A DNA stretch of 64,000 nt from Waterburya sp. (GCA_965217895.1 CBDCJV010000002.1:2752001-2816000), one strand, 5' to 3'; counted from the first letter of the stretch, positions 1 through 9,500 are shown. A program made the numbers and translations. The notes: generated by a model from the letters alone, not told the origin.

Positions 1-250
1 GTTCCAATAGACTAAATTTTATAAACATATAAAACTGAACTTAAGCAAAGCTAGACTTTCGAGCGATCGCTCTATCAAAAAGCACCTTGGAAGTACAAAA
101 AGCTCAAAACCTATACACTAATATCTTTTTAAGCTATTTGTGTTAGGCAGTCAGGTTTAAATGTTTTAATTAGGACAGCTAATTAATTGTTCAAAAATAC
201 TTCTTGATTTACTTTGGCAGATACCTTTAAAGCAGACTCAATATTGGTTA

Positions 251-487
251 TTAGTTAATACCGTCAGTAACTAGCAAACCTCGCGCAAAAATTTCTAATT
301 GCTCCATTACGGCCATATCTACGTCTTTATTATCATTATTGCTTTTTACTACCTGAGTGTCTTTGGCACGTCGAGAGACAACCCAATTGGCTTGAGAAGT
401 TTTAATGGATGCTCGTGCTACCGATCCACCTAAGCTAAAGATATTAACTAAGAACGTAGCTAAAACGACTTTACCTAAAGAGTTCAT
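251..487 (-). CDS. Small hypothetical protein with predicted signal peptide
   Basis: 78 aa ORF; N-terminal K, hydrophobic stretch and ARA cleavage-like motif. Confidence 0.5.
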   Translation of the reverse strand: MNSLGKVVLATFLVNIFSLGGSVARASIKTSQANWVVSRRAKDTQVVKSNNDNKDVDMAVMEQLEIFARGLLVTDGIN

Positions 488-735
488 AAATGTTCAATTT
501 TTGTAGGACAACTTACTTTAGAAATAAAATGTCAGGAACTTTACAAGATTAAAGCAAAAATTACTCGTTCATGTTTTCAAGAAAAGTAATAGACCTAGTG
601 AGCTTAAATAAATATATTTACGTAGTTTTCTTGCAAACTTCTTGACATCTTTTACTTATTTTGAAAAGTAGATTAGATAAGTAGTCTCAGTAAGTATAAT
701 CTGCGTTCTATATTTGTAAGTAAAAGAAACCCATC

Positions 736-1119
736 ATGTTGAAACCAATAATTACAACTGTTGCGACTGCGCTCTTAACTCTACCAGTCAGCGCACTGCC
801 TATGTCAGCACAGACAATTTCTACCTCGCTCCCTCCTGGCAGTAAAATGATTTTTATTAATGACATTGCGTTTAATCGTGCCAAAAATTTAGCGAGACAA
901 ACGGCAGAAAAGATTAACGGAGGATTGAGCCATTATCGTGCAGAAAGCTCAATGTATGGTTCTGCTTGGGAAACTCCTTATAAAGACAATGGTGATGGAA
1001 CTTGGACATTCTCATTTACTGGACATAAACCCGATTCAACTATCCCCTCTACCAAAAGCATTATAACCGTTTCTCAGAATGGACAAATAGCTGTTAAATA
1101 CAATGGTTTAACTGAGTAG
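736..1119 (+). CDS. Secreted hypothetical protein (cyanobacterial family with NRAKNLARQ..EK.NGGL..YRAE motif)
   Basis: Signal peptide-like N-terminus; motif resembles conserved cyanobacterial hypothetical proteins. Confidence 0.7.
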   Translation: MLKPIITTVATALLTLPVSALPMSAQTISTSLPPGSKMIFINDIAFNRAKNLARQTAEKINGGLSHYRAESSMYGSAWETPYKDNGDGTWTFSFTGHKPDSTIPSTKSIITVSQNGQIAVKYNGLTE

Positions 1120-1325
1120 TAGTAGTCAATTAGTTACTACTGCATGACGATTTAAGCCAAAACAATTATCATCTAAAGATTGAACAGCAACTGTTTGTTT
1201 TGACAAGAAAAGTAACTGCCGATTAGGTTACGGGCGAGCTGCGTCCTTTCAACGGCAAAATATTGCGAAATTCCCTTTCAAAAGCAGCATTGGCAAAAGC
1301 GCAAAGAATAGAAATTTAATTTTTT

Positions 1326-1509
1326 GGCGTTGCTGAATCCAGGTATGATTCATAATTTTTACTCGTTGAGCAAATCAATTAAAAAGCTAAGAGCTGCAAG
1401 CTGGAGCTTGCCGACTCTCCTTCGGAGAGGCGAGGCTTTCCAAAGCCTCTAAGAGCTAATAGCTATGAACAGATTACTTTTCGGTTTCATACTTCAAATC
1501 AGCAACGCC
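1326..1509. mobile_element. MITE family A copy 1 with 8-bp target-site duplication
   Basis: TIRs GGCGTTGCTGA..TATGA / TCATA..TCAGCAACGCC; AATTTTTT on both flanks; inverted second copy at 28370-28498. Confidence 0.85.
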
Positions 1510-1540
1510 AATTTTTTATGTAGAGTAGTTTACTTTCATT

Positions 1541-2227
1541 ATGCAACCATGGTTACACAAACTAGCTAGTTTTTGGCTTCAAAAAGTCAACCCTCAAATA
1601 GTTTCTTTAACCGCTGCGATTGGCACGGTGGGACTGTTGATCTGCTTGGCAATTATTTATATATTAGCCAAACTGTCTGAAGATGTATTAGAACAAGAAG
1701 CTTTTGGTTTTGATAAAGCTATTCTGTTGTGGATACATCAATTTGCCAATCCAGCATTCGATACAATAGTGCTAAATGTTACGCGCCTGGGCAATCCTGG
1801 TACAGTAGTATTGATCGCCTTACTTACTTTGGGAATATTATGGTGGCGACGTTACCATCAAGAGGCTAGAATTTTTTTACTCAACTGTTTGGGTGGTGCA
1901 GTTCTCAGTTACGGATTAAAGTTAGCTTTTAGTAAACCTCGTCCTCAACTCTGGAATTTGCTCATTTCAGAACAGTCTTATAGTTATCCTAGCGGTCATG
2001 CCTTGGGTTCGATGGTGCTGTATGGTTTTTTAGCTTATTTGCTAGGAACTCATTATCCACGATATGCCAGAGTCTTCTACTGTATAGCTGTAATATTAAT
2101 AGTTGCGATTGGTTTTAGCAGACTTTACTTAGGGGTGCATTGGCCGACAGATGTGATTGCTGGCTACGGCGTAGGATTTTTGTGGATTACTTTCAACATT
2201 ACAATGTTGAAGTTACACAGAGTTTAA
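1541..2227 (+). CDS. PAP2 family membrane phosphatase
   Basis: KxxxxxxRP, PSGH and SRLYLGVHWPTD motifs. Confidence 0.92.
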   Translation: MQPWLHKLASFWLQKVNPQIVSLTAAIGTVGLLICLAIIYILAKLSEDVLEQEAFGFDKAILLWIHQFANPAFDTIVLNVTRLGNPGTVVLIALLTLGILWWRRYHQEARIFLLNCLGGAVLSYGLKLAFSKPRPQLWNLLISEQSYSYPSGHALGSMVLYGFLAYLLGTHYPRYARVFYCIAVILIVAIGFSRLYLGVHWPTDVIAGYGVGFLWITFNITMLKLHRV

Positions 2228-2305
2228 CTAGCGTACATTACTTTCAACGGTTCTAAAAACTAGAGTAAGCGAGCCTCAAGCCTATGAACAATATCAATTG
2301 TCGTT

Positions 2306-2662
2306 ATGAATAAAAATAAGTTTGTTTATCATATAACTTCTTTTGCTGAGTGGAATGCTGCTCAACCTCAAGAAATTTACCAAGCACAAGGTTTTGACAA
2401 AGAAGGGTTTATTCACTGTTCTTATTGTCATCAAATATTGACAGTGGCACATCGATTTTTCAAAGGACAAAGTGGTCTTGTAATATTAGTTATTGAATCC
2501 TCTAAAATAAATAACAGTCTGGTTGAGGAAAATCTAGAGGAGGGTGTAGAACTATATCCTCATCTTTATAGTGTATTGCCAACTAAAGCGGTTAGTAAGG
2601 CGATCGCCTTTCCCTGTGATGCTGATGGTAACTTTACTTTGCCAGATGAACTTAAAGTTTAG
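2306..2662 (+). CDS. DUF952 family protein
   Basis: YHIT, EGFIHCS and YPHLY motifs. Confidence 0.88.
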   Translation: MNKNKFVYHITSFAEWNAAQPQEIYQAQGFDKEGFIHCSYCHQILTVAHRFFKGQSGLVILVIESSKINNSLVEENLEEGVELYPHLYSVLPTKAVSKAIAFPCDADGNFTLPDELKV

Positions 2663-2722
2663 ATTATGGGATAAATAATATTTAGCTCGATCACGATTGC
2701 CTTGGAAATGCGATCATCCTTC

Positions 2723-3151
2723 ATGGAAAAAGTCAAATCTTGCGGTGTAATCTGCTTCACTCAAACAAAACAGCCATCATTTCTCTTGATGAAGAGATCA
2801 TATCGTTATGATTTGCCCAAAGGTCACATTGAACCTGGGGAAACTGAACTTCAGTGCGCTTTGAGAGAGTTGTTTGAGGAAACAGGAATCACTAAACAGC
2901 AAGTTTGCTTAGAGCTAGATTTTCGGTTTAAAACTATTTATTATCCTCGATACAGACGTTTTGGCGGAGATAAAGTTGAAAAGTCTTTAGTTATTTTTTT
3001 CGCTTGGGTAAGCGAAGAACTAGAAATTGTGATGACAGAACATAATGCTTCTGAATGGGTTAAATGGAATCCTCCCCATTATTTTCATAACAGAATTATT
3101 GATGAGTTGCTGTTGACAGTTGATCGGCAGTTAATTGTTAAAGGTAAATAG
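2723..3151 (+). CDS. NUDIX hydrolase (Ap4A hydrolase-like)
   Basis: Nudix box PKGHIEPGETELQCALRELFEETGI; start set at ATG 2723. Confidence 0.9.
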   Translation: MEKVKSCGVICFTQTKQPSFLLMKRSYRYDLPKGHIEPGETELQCALRELFEETGITKQQVCLELDFRFKTIYYPRYRRFGGDKVEKSLVIFFAWVSEELEIVMTEHNASEWVKWNPPHYFHNRIIDELLLTVDRQLIVKGK

Positions 3152-3178
3152 TAGGGGCGGACAGCCGTTCGCCCGTAC
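3151..3178 (+). repeat. REP-like palindrome GTAGGGGCG...CGCCCGTAC
   Basis: Imperfect hairpin; near-identical inverted copy at 43875-43901. Confidence 0.75.
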
Positions 3179-3182
3179 AAAA

Positions 3183-4316
3183 GTGAATGGAACAGACTGG
3201 TATCAAGAAGAAGAAGCAAAATTTCAAATAGGAAAGGCTTTCTATAATCCTCAAAGTAAGCTGGTGCGGGATTTGGGAATTTTGGCTGCAAAGGTTTATC
3301 AGCAGGATCGCGGAAGTCTCAGGGTTTTGGATGCTTTAGCTGGTTGTGGTGTTCGTAGCTTACGTTATTGGCAAGAAAGTAATGCTGACTATGTTTGGGT
3401 AAATGAAGGAAATGCCGATTATAGTTTTATATTACAGCAAAATTTATCTCAGGCGATCGCATCTGGTCATTGTCAGATTACTCATCAAGATGCCCATCGA
3501 GTATTTTTTAAATGCTATGAACATCGGGATTATTATGATTTAGTTGACGTGGATTGTTTTGGTAGTGCTGTACCCTATCTTAGTACTATGCTGTGGGCAA
3601 CTAAGATTGGTGGCTTGATGTATCTTACTAGCACTGACGGACGCACGTTAACAGGACATTTACCAGAAAATAGCATTCAGGCTTATGGCGCGATCGCCCG
3701 TTCTCATCCCGCAGCGCACGAACAGGCTTTAAGACTATTGATTGGCAGCACTCAACAACAGGCTGCGACTAAAGGTTTAGGAGTTGAACCAGTTTTTTCT
3801 TTGTTTACAGGGAAAACTTATCGTCTGATGATGCGGTTGTTGTCTAAACCTAATCTAACTGACAGCAATTATGGTTTTCTCGCCTATTGCCATAGCTGTG
3901 GTAACTATCAAACTATTCCCTGGCGTAAATTAAATAAAATTGCCTGTACCTGTTCTAATTCTGCCATAACCGTCAGTGGTGCAATGTGGCTAGGTAAATT
4001 ACACAACCTAAAACAAATAGAACGGTTTATAATTTTGGCTCAACAGTTAGGCTGGCAAAAAGTTGTTGAATTACTAAGTTTAATGAAAGATGAGATTAAT
4101 CTACCGCCTTACTTTTACAAATTAGGCGAAATTGGTCGTCGCGGAAAAATAGACATAGCAAAGCGATCGCTCTTAATCAAAGCTTTACAGGACAAAGGTT
4201 ATCAAGCAGCAGCAACCCATATCGATCCCCAAGGAATCAAAACCGATGCGGATCTCGAAACCTGTATTGCGATCGCGTCTATGCTATATAGCCATATAAG
4301 GTTGGACAAAAAATAA
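3183..4316 (+). CDS. trm1: tRNA (guanine26-N2)-(di)methyltransferase, Trm1 family
   Basis: FYNP..RDL, VLDALAGCGVRSLRY, DVDCFGS, TSTD, CxxC zinc site, THI..GIKTDA; GTG start chosen downstream of the REP. Confidence 0.85.
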   Translation: MNGTDWYQEEEAKFQIGKAFYNPQSKLVRDLGILAAKVYQQDRGSLRVLDALAGCGVRSLRYWQESNADYVWVNEGNADYSFILQQNLSQAIASGHCQITHQDAHRVFFKCYEHRDYYDLVDVDCFGSAVPYLSTMLWATKIGGLMYLTSTDGRTLTGHLPENSIQAYGAIARSHPAAHEQALRLLIGSTQQQAATKGLGVEPVFSLFTGKTYRLMMRLLSKPNLTDSNYGFLAYCHSCGNYQTIPWRKLNKIACTCSNSAITVSGAMWLGKLHNLKQIERFIILAQQLGWQKVVELLSLMKDEINLPPYFYKLGEIGRRGKIDIAKRSLLIKALQDKGYQAAATHIDPQGIKTDADLETCIAIASMLYSHIRLDKK

Positions 4317-4493
4317 AATTATGTTTCTATTATTGGCAATATTCTAATGCCCACCCAGTAATCAGAATGAACCTGTATGTACTTAGTAAGCAGTAATAAG
4401 TAATCTATAAACATATCCTTAAGGAATTGTGTGTGTAACAATAATTAGCGTTACTCATCAAAGTAGTTAAGCAATTTATCCTTAGATCTAAAC

Positions 4494-6521
4494 ATGGAAC
4501 CGCTTTATCAATATGCCTGGCTAATTCCCGTATTGCCTCTACTGGGGGCGATGTTGGTAGGGATTGGTTTAATTTCCGTAAACAAGGCAACTAACAATCT
4601 GCGTCAGATAGTTGCCGTCTTTATTGTCTCCGTCCTTGGAGCAACAATGGTAATGTCTTTTGCCATTCTCTGGAGTCAAATTCATGGACATGAATCAGTT
4701 ACTCGCACCATTGAGTGGGCTTCGGCGGGAGATTTTCATCTTTCTATGGGCTATACCATCGATCATCTCAGTGCTTTGATGCTGGTAATCGTGACCACCG
4801 TAGCTTTTCTAGTGATGATTTATACCGATGGCTATATGGCTCACGACTCTGGCTACGTGCGCTTTTACGCTTACCTGAGTATATTTAGCTCTTCTATGCT
4901 GGGATTAGTAATCAGTCCTAACTTAGTTCAGATATACATCTTCTGGGAACTAGTGGGGATGTGTTCTTATCTCCTGATTGGTTTTTGGTTTGATAAGCAA
5001 CCCGCAGCCGATGCCTGTCAAAAAGCCTTTGTAACTAACCGCGTCGGTGACTTTGGCTTATTGCTAGGAATGTTGGGCTTATATTGGGCAACAGGCAGCT
5101 TTGAATTTGGCGTAATGGGCGATCGCTTGGGAGAATTGGTTTCTTCTGGGGCTATTAGCGCGTTTCTTGCCACCTTATTTGCCATCTTAGTCTTTTTAGG
5201 GCCCGTAGCTAAATCGGCTCAGTTTCCCCTGCACGTTTGGCTACCAGACGCGATGGAAGGACCTACTCCCATCTCGGCACTGATTCACGCTGCCACTATG
5301 GTTGCTGCGGGAGTATTTTTGATTGCGCGGATGTATCCCGTATTTGAAAATGTGCCTGTAGCGATGGAAGTTATTGCCTGGACTGGGGCATTTACGGCAT
5401 TCCTTGGTGCAAGTATTGCTTTAACCCAAAACGACATTAAAAAGGGTTTGGCATACTCTACCGTCTCTCAGCTAGGCTACATGGTCATGGCAATGGGTAT
5501 TGGTTCATATAGTGCTGGTTTATTCCACCTGATGACTCACGCTTACTTTAAAGCCATGCTATTCCTTTGTTCTGGTTCAGTAATTCACGGCATGGAAGAC
5601 GTAGTAGGACATAATCCTTTACTCGCTCAAGATATGCGTCTTATGGGTGGCTTAAGAAAATATATGCCCATCACCGCTGGTGCTTTTTTCGTTGGTAATT
5701 TAGCTATCTGTGGGATTCCTCCTTTTGCTGGTTTTTGGTCAAAAGACGAAATCTTAGGACAGGCTTTTGAAGCCAATCCCGCCCTCTGGTTTATCGGTTG
5801 GGCTACGGCTGGTTTAACTGCTTTTTATATGTTCCGTATGTACTTTATGACCTTTGAAGGTGAGTTTCGCGGTAACGATAATGCTGTCAAACAACAGTTG
5901 ATGTCTGAAGCAGGAATGGCTTTTGGTCCTGGGGCAATGGATACCAAAGAAGGTGACAGTCATGGACATAGTGAATATCCCCATGAATCTCCTCTAACGA
6001 TGGCATTACCTCTGCTAGTTTTAGCCATACCTTCGATTGGTATAGGTCTACTTGGTCGCCCTTGGGAAAATTATTTTGAAGAATTTATTCACGCCCCAAG
6101 CGAAATAGTGGCAGGCGTAGGCGAACACGCTTTTGACTGGAATGAATTCCTGATTATGGCAGGCTTATCAGTGGCGATCGCCGTAACGGGAATTATCGTG
6201 GCACTATTAATGTATCGTACTAAAAAAATCGATCATAGTGCGATCGCCAAAAAAGTTCCTACCCTCTATCGTTTCTCCCTCAATAAATGGTATTTTGATG
6301 ACCTTTACCATAAAGTCTTTGTTATGGGTATTCGTCGTCTAGCCAGACAAATCATGGAAGTAGATTACCGCGTAGTCGATGGTGCTGTTAACTTAACTGG
6401 TTTAGCTGCTGTCCTTAGTGGAGAGGGCTTAAAGTATCTAGAAAATGGTCGCGCCCAATTCTATGCCCTGATTGTCTTTGGTGCAGTTTTAGGATTTGTG
6501 ATTGTGTTTAGTGTTGCTTAA
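4494..6521 (+). CDS. ndhF1: NAD(P)H-quinone oxidoreductase subunit 5 (NdhF1)
   Basis: MEPLYQYAWLIP start; WLPDAMEGPTPISALIHAATMV. Confidence 0.97.
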   Translation: MEPLYQYAWLIPVLPLLGAMLVGIGLISVNKATNNLRQIVAVFIVSVLGATMVMSFAILWSQIHGHESVTRTIEWASAGDFHLSMGYTIDHLSALMLVIVTTVAFLVMIYTDGYMAHDSGYVRFYAYLSIFSSSMLGLVISPNLVQIYIFWELVGMCSYLLIGFWFDKQPAADACQKAFVTNRVGDFGLLLGMLGLYWATGSFEFGVMGDRLGELVSSGAISAFLATLFAILVFLGPVAKSAQFPLHVWLPDAMEGPTPISALIHAATMVAAGVFLIARMYPVFENVPVAMEVIAWTGAFTAFLGASIALTQNDIKKGLAYSTVSQLGYMVMAMGIGSYSAGLFHLMTHAYFKAMLFLCSGSVIHGMEDVVGHNPLLAQDMRLMGGLRKYMPITAGAFFVGNLAICGIPPFAGFWSKDEILGQAFEANPALWFIGWATAGLTAFYMFRMYFMTFEGEFRGNDNAVKQQLMSEAGMAFGPGAMDTKEGDSHGHSEYPHESPLTMALPLLVLAIPSIGIGLLGRPWENYFEEFIHAPSEIVAGVGEHAFDWNEFLIMAGLSVAIAVTGIIVALLMYRTKKIDHSAIAKKVPTLYRFSLNKWYFDDLYHKVFVMGIRRLARQIMEVDYRVVDGAVNLTGLAAVLSGEGLKYLENGRAQFYALIVFGAVLGFVIVFSVA

Positions 6522-6572
6522 TGAGCTTTTAGCTTTTAGTTTCTAATTAATTTCGCAAGTCTTAGTGTAAAA

Positions 6573-6609
6573 AGATCGCCCTTCTCAAAAGAAGAGCGAT
6601 CTCTTTTTT
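6573..6609 (+). terminator. Intrinsic terminator after ndhF1
   Basis: AGATCGCCCTTC-loop-GAAGAGCGATCT followed by T-tract. Confidence 0.7.
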
Positions 6610-6649
6610 GTTACTAGTAAATTTGCTCTTGATCGGCTTATCTGTTATC

Positions 6650-6757
6650 TATAGCATTACGCATCAAGATTAGGACGTTTTATAAAATTGCTAGCTGCTA
6701 CTTGCTACTTTCGAGCCGATAACCAAATATGTCCTAACGTAACTTTGTACGACTATA
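6650..6757. mobile_element. MITE family C copy 1 (TATAG..CTATA ends, internal heptamer repeats)
   Basis: Homologous to 45052-45191 (shared CTTGCTACTTTCGAGC and TAACTTTGTACG.CTATA). Confidence 0.7.
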
Positions 6758-6855
6758 TCTCGCTCTATTTTTACTAATTTTTTTCAGAAATGTAATCAGG
6801 CCTTACCATAAGATAAAATGGACGATTGGATTAGCTGAATATAAAGGACGATTTC

Positions 6856-7995
6856 ATGGAAGACAAGCATATGTTGATGATTCCTGGACCTACACCAGTT
6901 CCAGAGAAAGTATTAATGGCTTTAGGTAAACATCCCATCGGACATCGCAGTGGTGACTTTAGTAAGATCATCGCTGAGATCAATCAGAATTTAAAATGGT
7001 TACACCAAACTAAGAACGAAGTACTTTCCCTTAACGTATCAGGTACGGGGGCAATGGAGGCGGGAATGATTAACTTCCTCAGTCCAGGCGATCGCGTTTT
7101 GGTCGGAGTTAATGGTAAATTTGGCGATCGCTGGGCGCAGATTTGCGAAGCTTTTGGTTTACAAACTGAGCGTATTACTGCTGATTGGGGGACACCTCTA
7201 GACACAGAAGAAATTCGCACTAAATTAGAAGCAGATAGCAACAAAGAAATTAAAGCGGTTGTAATTACCCACTCAGAAACTTCCGCTGGAGTGCTTAATG
7301 ATTTAGAAACCATTAATAAGCACGTTAAAGCGCACGGCGAAGCTTTAATCATTGTCGATGCAGTAACCAGCTTAGGTGCATACAATATCCCTATTGACGA
7401 CTGGGGATTAGACGTGGTGGCATCTGGTTCACAAAAAGGCTATATGATTCCCCCAGGGATGGGCTTTATTGCTGTTAGCGATAAAGCATGGAAAGCTTAC
7501 GAAACTAGTAAGTTTCCGCGCTTCTATATGGACTTAGGTAAGTACAAAAAAGCTAACGCTAAAGACAGTACTCCCTTTACTCCCCCAATTAACCTGATGT
7601 ATGGTTTGCAAACTGCCCTCCAAATGATGCAAAGAGAAGGATTAGAAAACATCTTTGCCCGCCACCTGCGCTTAACTAATGCTTCCCGCGCTGCTGCTAA
7701 AGCAATAGGGTTAAAGCTACTTGCACCTGATGATGCAGCTAGTACAGCGGTAACGGCGATCCTGACTGACGATGCAGAAGCAATCAGATCGACTATGCGT
7801 CAGAAATACGATATCGCCCTAGCAGGAGGACAAGATCACCTCAAGGGTAAAATTTTCCGTATTGGTCATCTTGGCTTTGTAAGCGATCGCGATATTTTAA
7901 CGGCGATTTCTTGTCTTGAAGCAACTTTAATTGAGCTTGGTCACGATTTTGATTCTAAAGCTGGAGTTAAGGCTGCTGCTGCTGCATTAGTTTAA
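6856..7995 (+). CDS. Class V PLP aminotransferase (alanine/serine-glyoxylate aminotransferase, DhsS-like)
   Basis: MIPGPTPVP, HSETS, DAVTS, SGSQKG, FRIGHLG. Confidence 0.92.
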   Translation: MEDKHMLMIPGPTPVPEKVLMALGKHPIGHRSGDFSKIIAEINQNLKWLHQTKNEVLSLNVSGTGAMEAGMINFLSPGDRVLVGVNGKFGDRWAQICEAFGLQTERITADWGTPLDTEEIRTKLEADSNKEIKAVVITHSETSAGVLNDLETINKHVKAHGEALIIVDAVTSLGAYNIPIDDWGLDVVASGSQKGYMIPPGMGFIAVSDKAWKAYETSKFPRFYMDLGKYKKANAKDSTPFTPPINLMYGLQTALQMMQREGLENIFARHLRLTNASRAAAKAIGLKLLAPDDAASTAVTAILTDDAEAIRSTMRQKYDIALAGGQDHLKGKIFRIGHLGFVSDRDILTAISCLEATLIELGHDFDSKAGVKAAAAALV

Positions 7996-8073
7996 ATATT
8001 GTTCAATTTTAAGAGAATTTAGCCCCCCAAATCCACCGACTCTGGGGGATTTTTTTGGGGTTTTATCCCTCTA

Positions 8074-8310
8074 TTACTTTAGGCAATTCTCTCGCTTGAC
8101 TGTAGGGGCGACACAAGAAGGTAAAAAGTAAGCGAGAAACGGCATTTCAAAGTGCTGGAGATCGTCATGAACAGGAACTCTCCATTTTTTGCCATGGTAG
8201 CGTGCTAGGAGCAGTTTATTTTCGTCGTCACCGAAACATCTTATTTTATGGGGTTGTATTTGCGCCATTTGTCGCCTCTTGTAATTAGCAACTGATGTCG
8301 CTTGAACCAT
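8074..8310 (-). CDS. Small hypothetical protein 9 bp downstream of VOC-GST
   Basis: 78 aa ORF, co-oriented; no recognised motif. Confidence 0.35.
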   Translation of the reverse strand: MVQATSVANYKRRQMAQIQPHKIRCFGDDENKLLLARYHGKKWRVPVHDDLQHFEMPFLAYFLPSCVAPTVKRENCLK

Positions 8311-8319
8311 AAATTATTG

Positions 8320-9465
8320 TTAATTGAAAGCAATTCCAGGCATTTCAATAAAGTTAGGTAGTTGTTTAATGCGATCGCACCATTGTTTTATAGCAGGATA
8401 TTTATCTAACATCACACCGCCTTCTGGTGCTAATGCGATATAGGGAAAACAGGCGATATCGGCAATGGTAGGGCGATCTGAGGCTAACCATTGATGTTGG
8501 GTTAAATGTTGTTCGACTATGTTGAGAATTGACTCTGCTTTTTGTTGCGCTGCTTCTAAGTTAATGGCAAAGCCAAACTTCTGGTTTAGCCTGGCATCAT
8601 TAGGACCACGAGCAATTTCGTTTGCTGCTGTTGATAACCATTGAGTTACTTGCGCCATGCCTGCTGGATCGCTCGGTAGCCAAGCTTCTCCACCATATTT
8701 TTTAGCTAAGTAAACTAAAATTGCTTGGGAATCTCTTAAAACTAAACTGTCATCTTCTAATACTGGAATTTGTCCTAAAGGATTTAATTGCAAAAACTCC
8801 AGTGATTTATGTTGTCCAGCCATAAAATCAACAGCCACAAGCTCATATTTGATATTTAACAAAGATAAAAATAAACGTACTTTGTAACAATTTCCTGAAA
8901 GCTCTAAGTCGTATAGTTTCATAGTTGAAATTTCCTGAATATCTTGTTGTGCAGCAAGTGGATAGATCTGGTCGAACTCTAATACGTTGCCATCAGGATC
9001 GCGAATAAAACAAACTCTACGACGTTCTCCAAGGTAAAGTGGTCCTTCTGTAACTTGAATATTCTCTTGTCTTAATTTGGTGAGTACCAAATCTAAATCA
9101 TCAACAATAAAGGCTGAATGAGTTATTCCTGGATATTTAATCGGTTCATCCATAAGAATGTTGCGAGACAGTCCGTTGCGAGCCAAAGCGTTGCGGGGGT
9201 TTCCCCCGTTATAGCTATTGGCGAGGGTGCGGGGGTCAGATGCGACTAAAGCCTTTCTCCCGTTATAGGAACTGTCGAGGGTGCGATCGCGTTTTGCTCC
9301 ATTAAAAATCAAATTAAGATAAACACCATCTGCCGTAACTAACTCGCTTGCTTGGTCTTTAGGAAAATATCTTTCTTCGATAAACCCTAGTTTTGCGTAA
9401 AATTTCAGAGCTTCAATGCGATCGCTAACGCGAATACCTACGTGTTCGTAATCAATAATCTTCAT
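8320..9465 (-). CDS. VOC/glyoxalase domain fused in frame to glutathione S-transferase; contains a 40-aa repeat-derived insertion
   Basis: EHVGIRV and FIRDPDGNVLEF (VOC); MKLYD..SGNCYKVR, NPLGQIPVL, DSQAIL, TIADIA (GST). Confidence 0.9.
   Translation of the reverse strand: MKIIDYEHVGIRVSDRIEALKFYAKLGFIEERYFPKDQASELVTADGVYLNLIFNGAKRDRTLDSSYNGRKALVASDPRTLANSYNGGNPRNALARNGLSRNILMDEPIKYPGITHSAFIVDDLDLVLTKLRQENIQVTEGPLYLGERRRVCFIRDPDGNVLEFDQIYPLAAQQDIQEISTMKLYDLELSGNCYKVRLFLSLLNIKYELVAVDFMAGQHKSLEFLQLNPLGQIPVLEDDSLVLRDSQAILVYLAKKYGGEAWLPSDPAGMAQVTQWLSTAANEIARGPNDARLNQKFGFAINLEAAQQKAESILNIVEQHLTQHQWLASDRPTIADIACFPYIALAPEGGVMLDKYPAIKQWCDRIKQLPNFIEMPGIAFN
9166..9285. repeat. Nested short dispersed repeat insertion (51+51+18 nt) at a HIP1 site
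   Basis: Two related units AG..CGTTGCGGGGGT.TTC.CCCGTTATAG..GAGGGTGCG, one inside the other; removing 120 nt restores TTGCGATCGC. Confidence 0.85.
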
Positions 9466-9500
9466 TATTTTGGGCTTTTAGAATCAAGCTTAGAGTTTTT

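Noticed and set aside
1143..1319. Possible decayed reading frame (HDDLSQ..AD*VTGELRPF..)
   Set aside because: No recognisable family; cannot be supported without a search.
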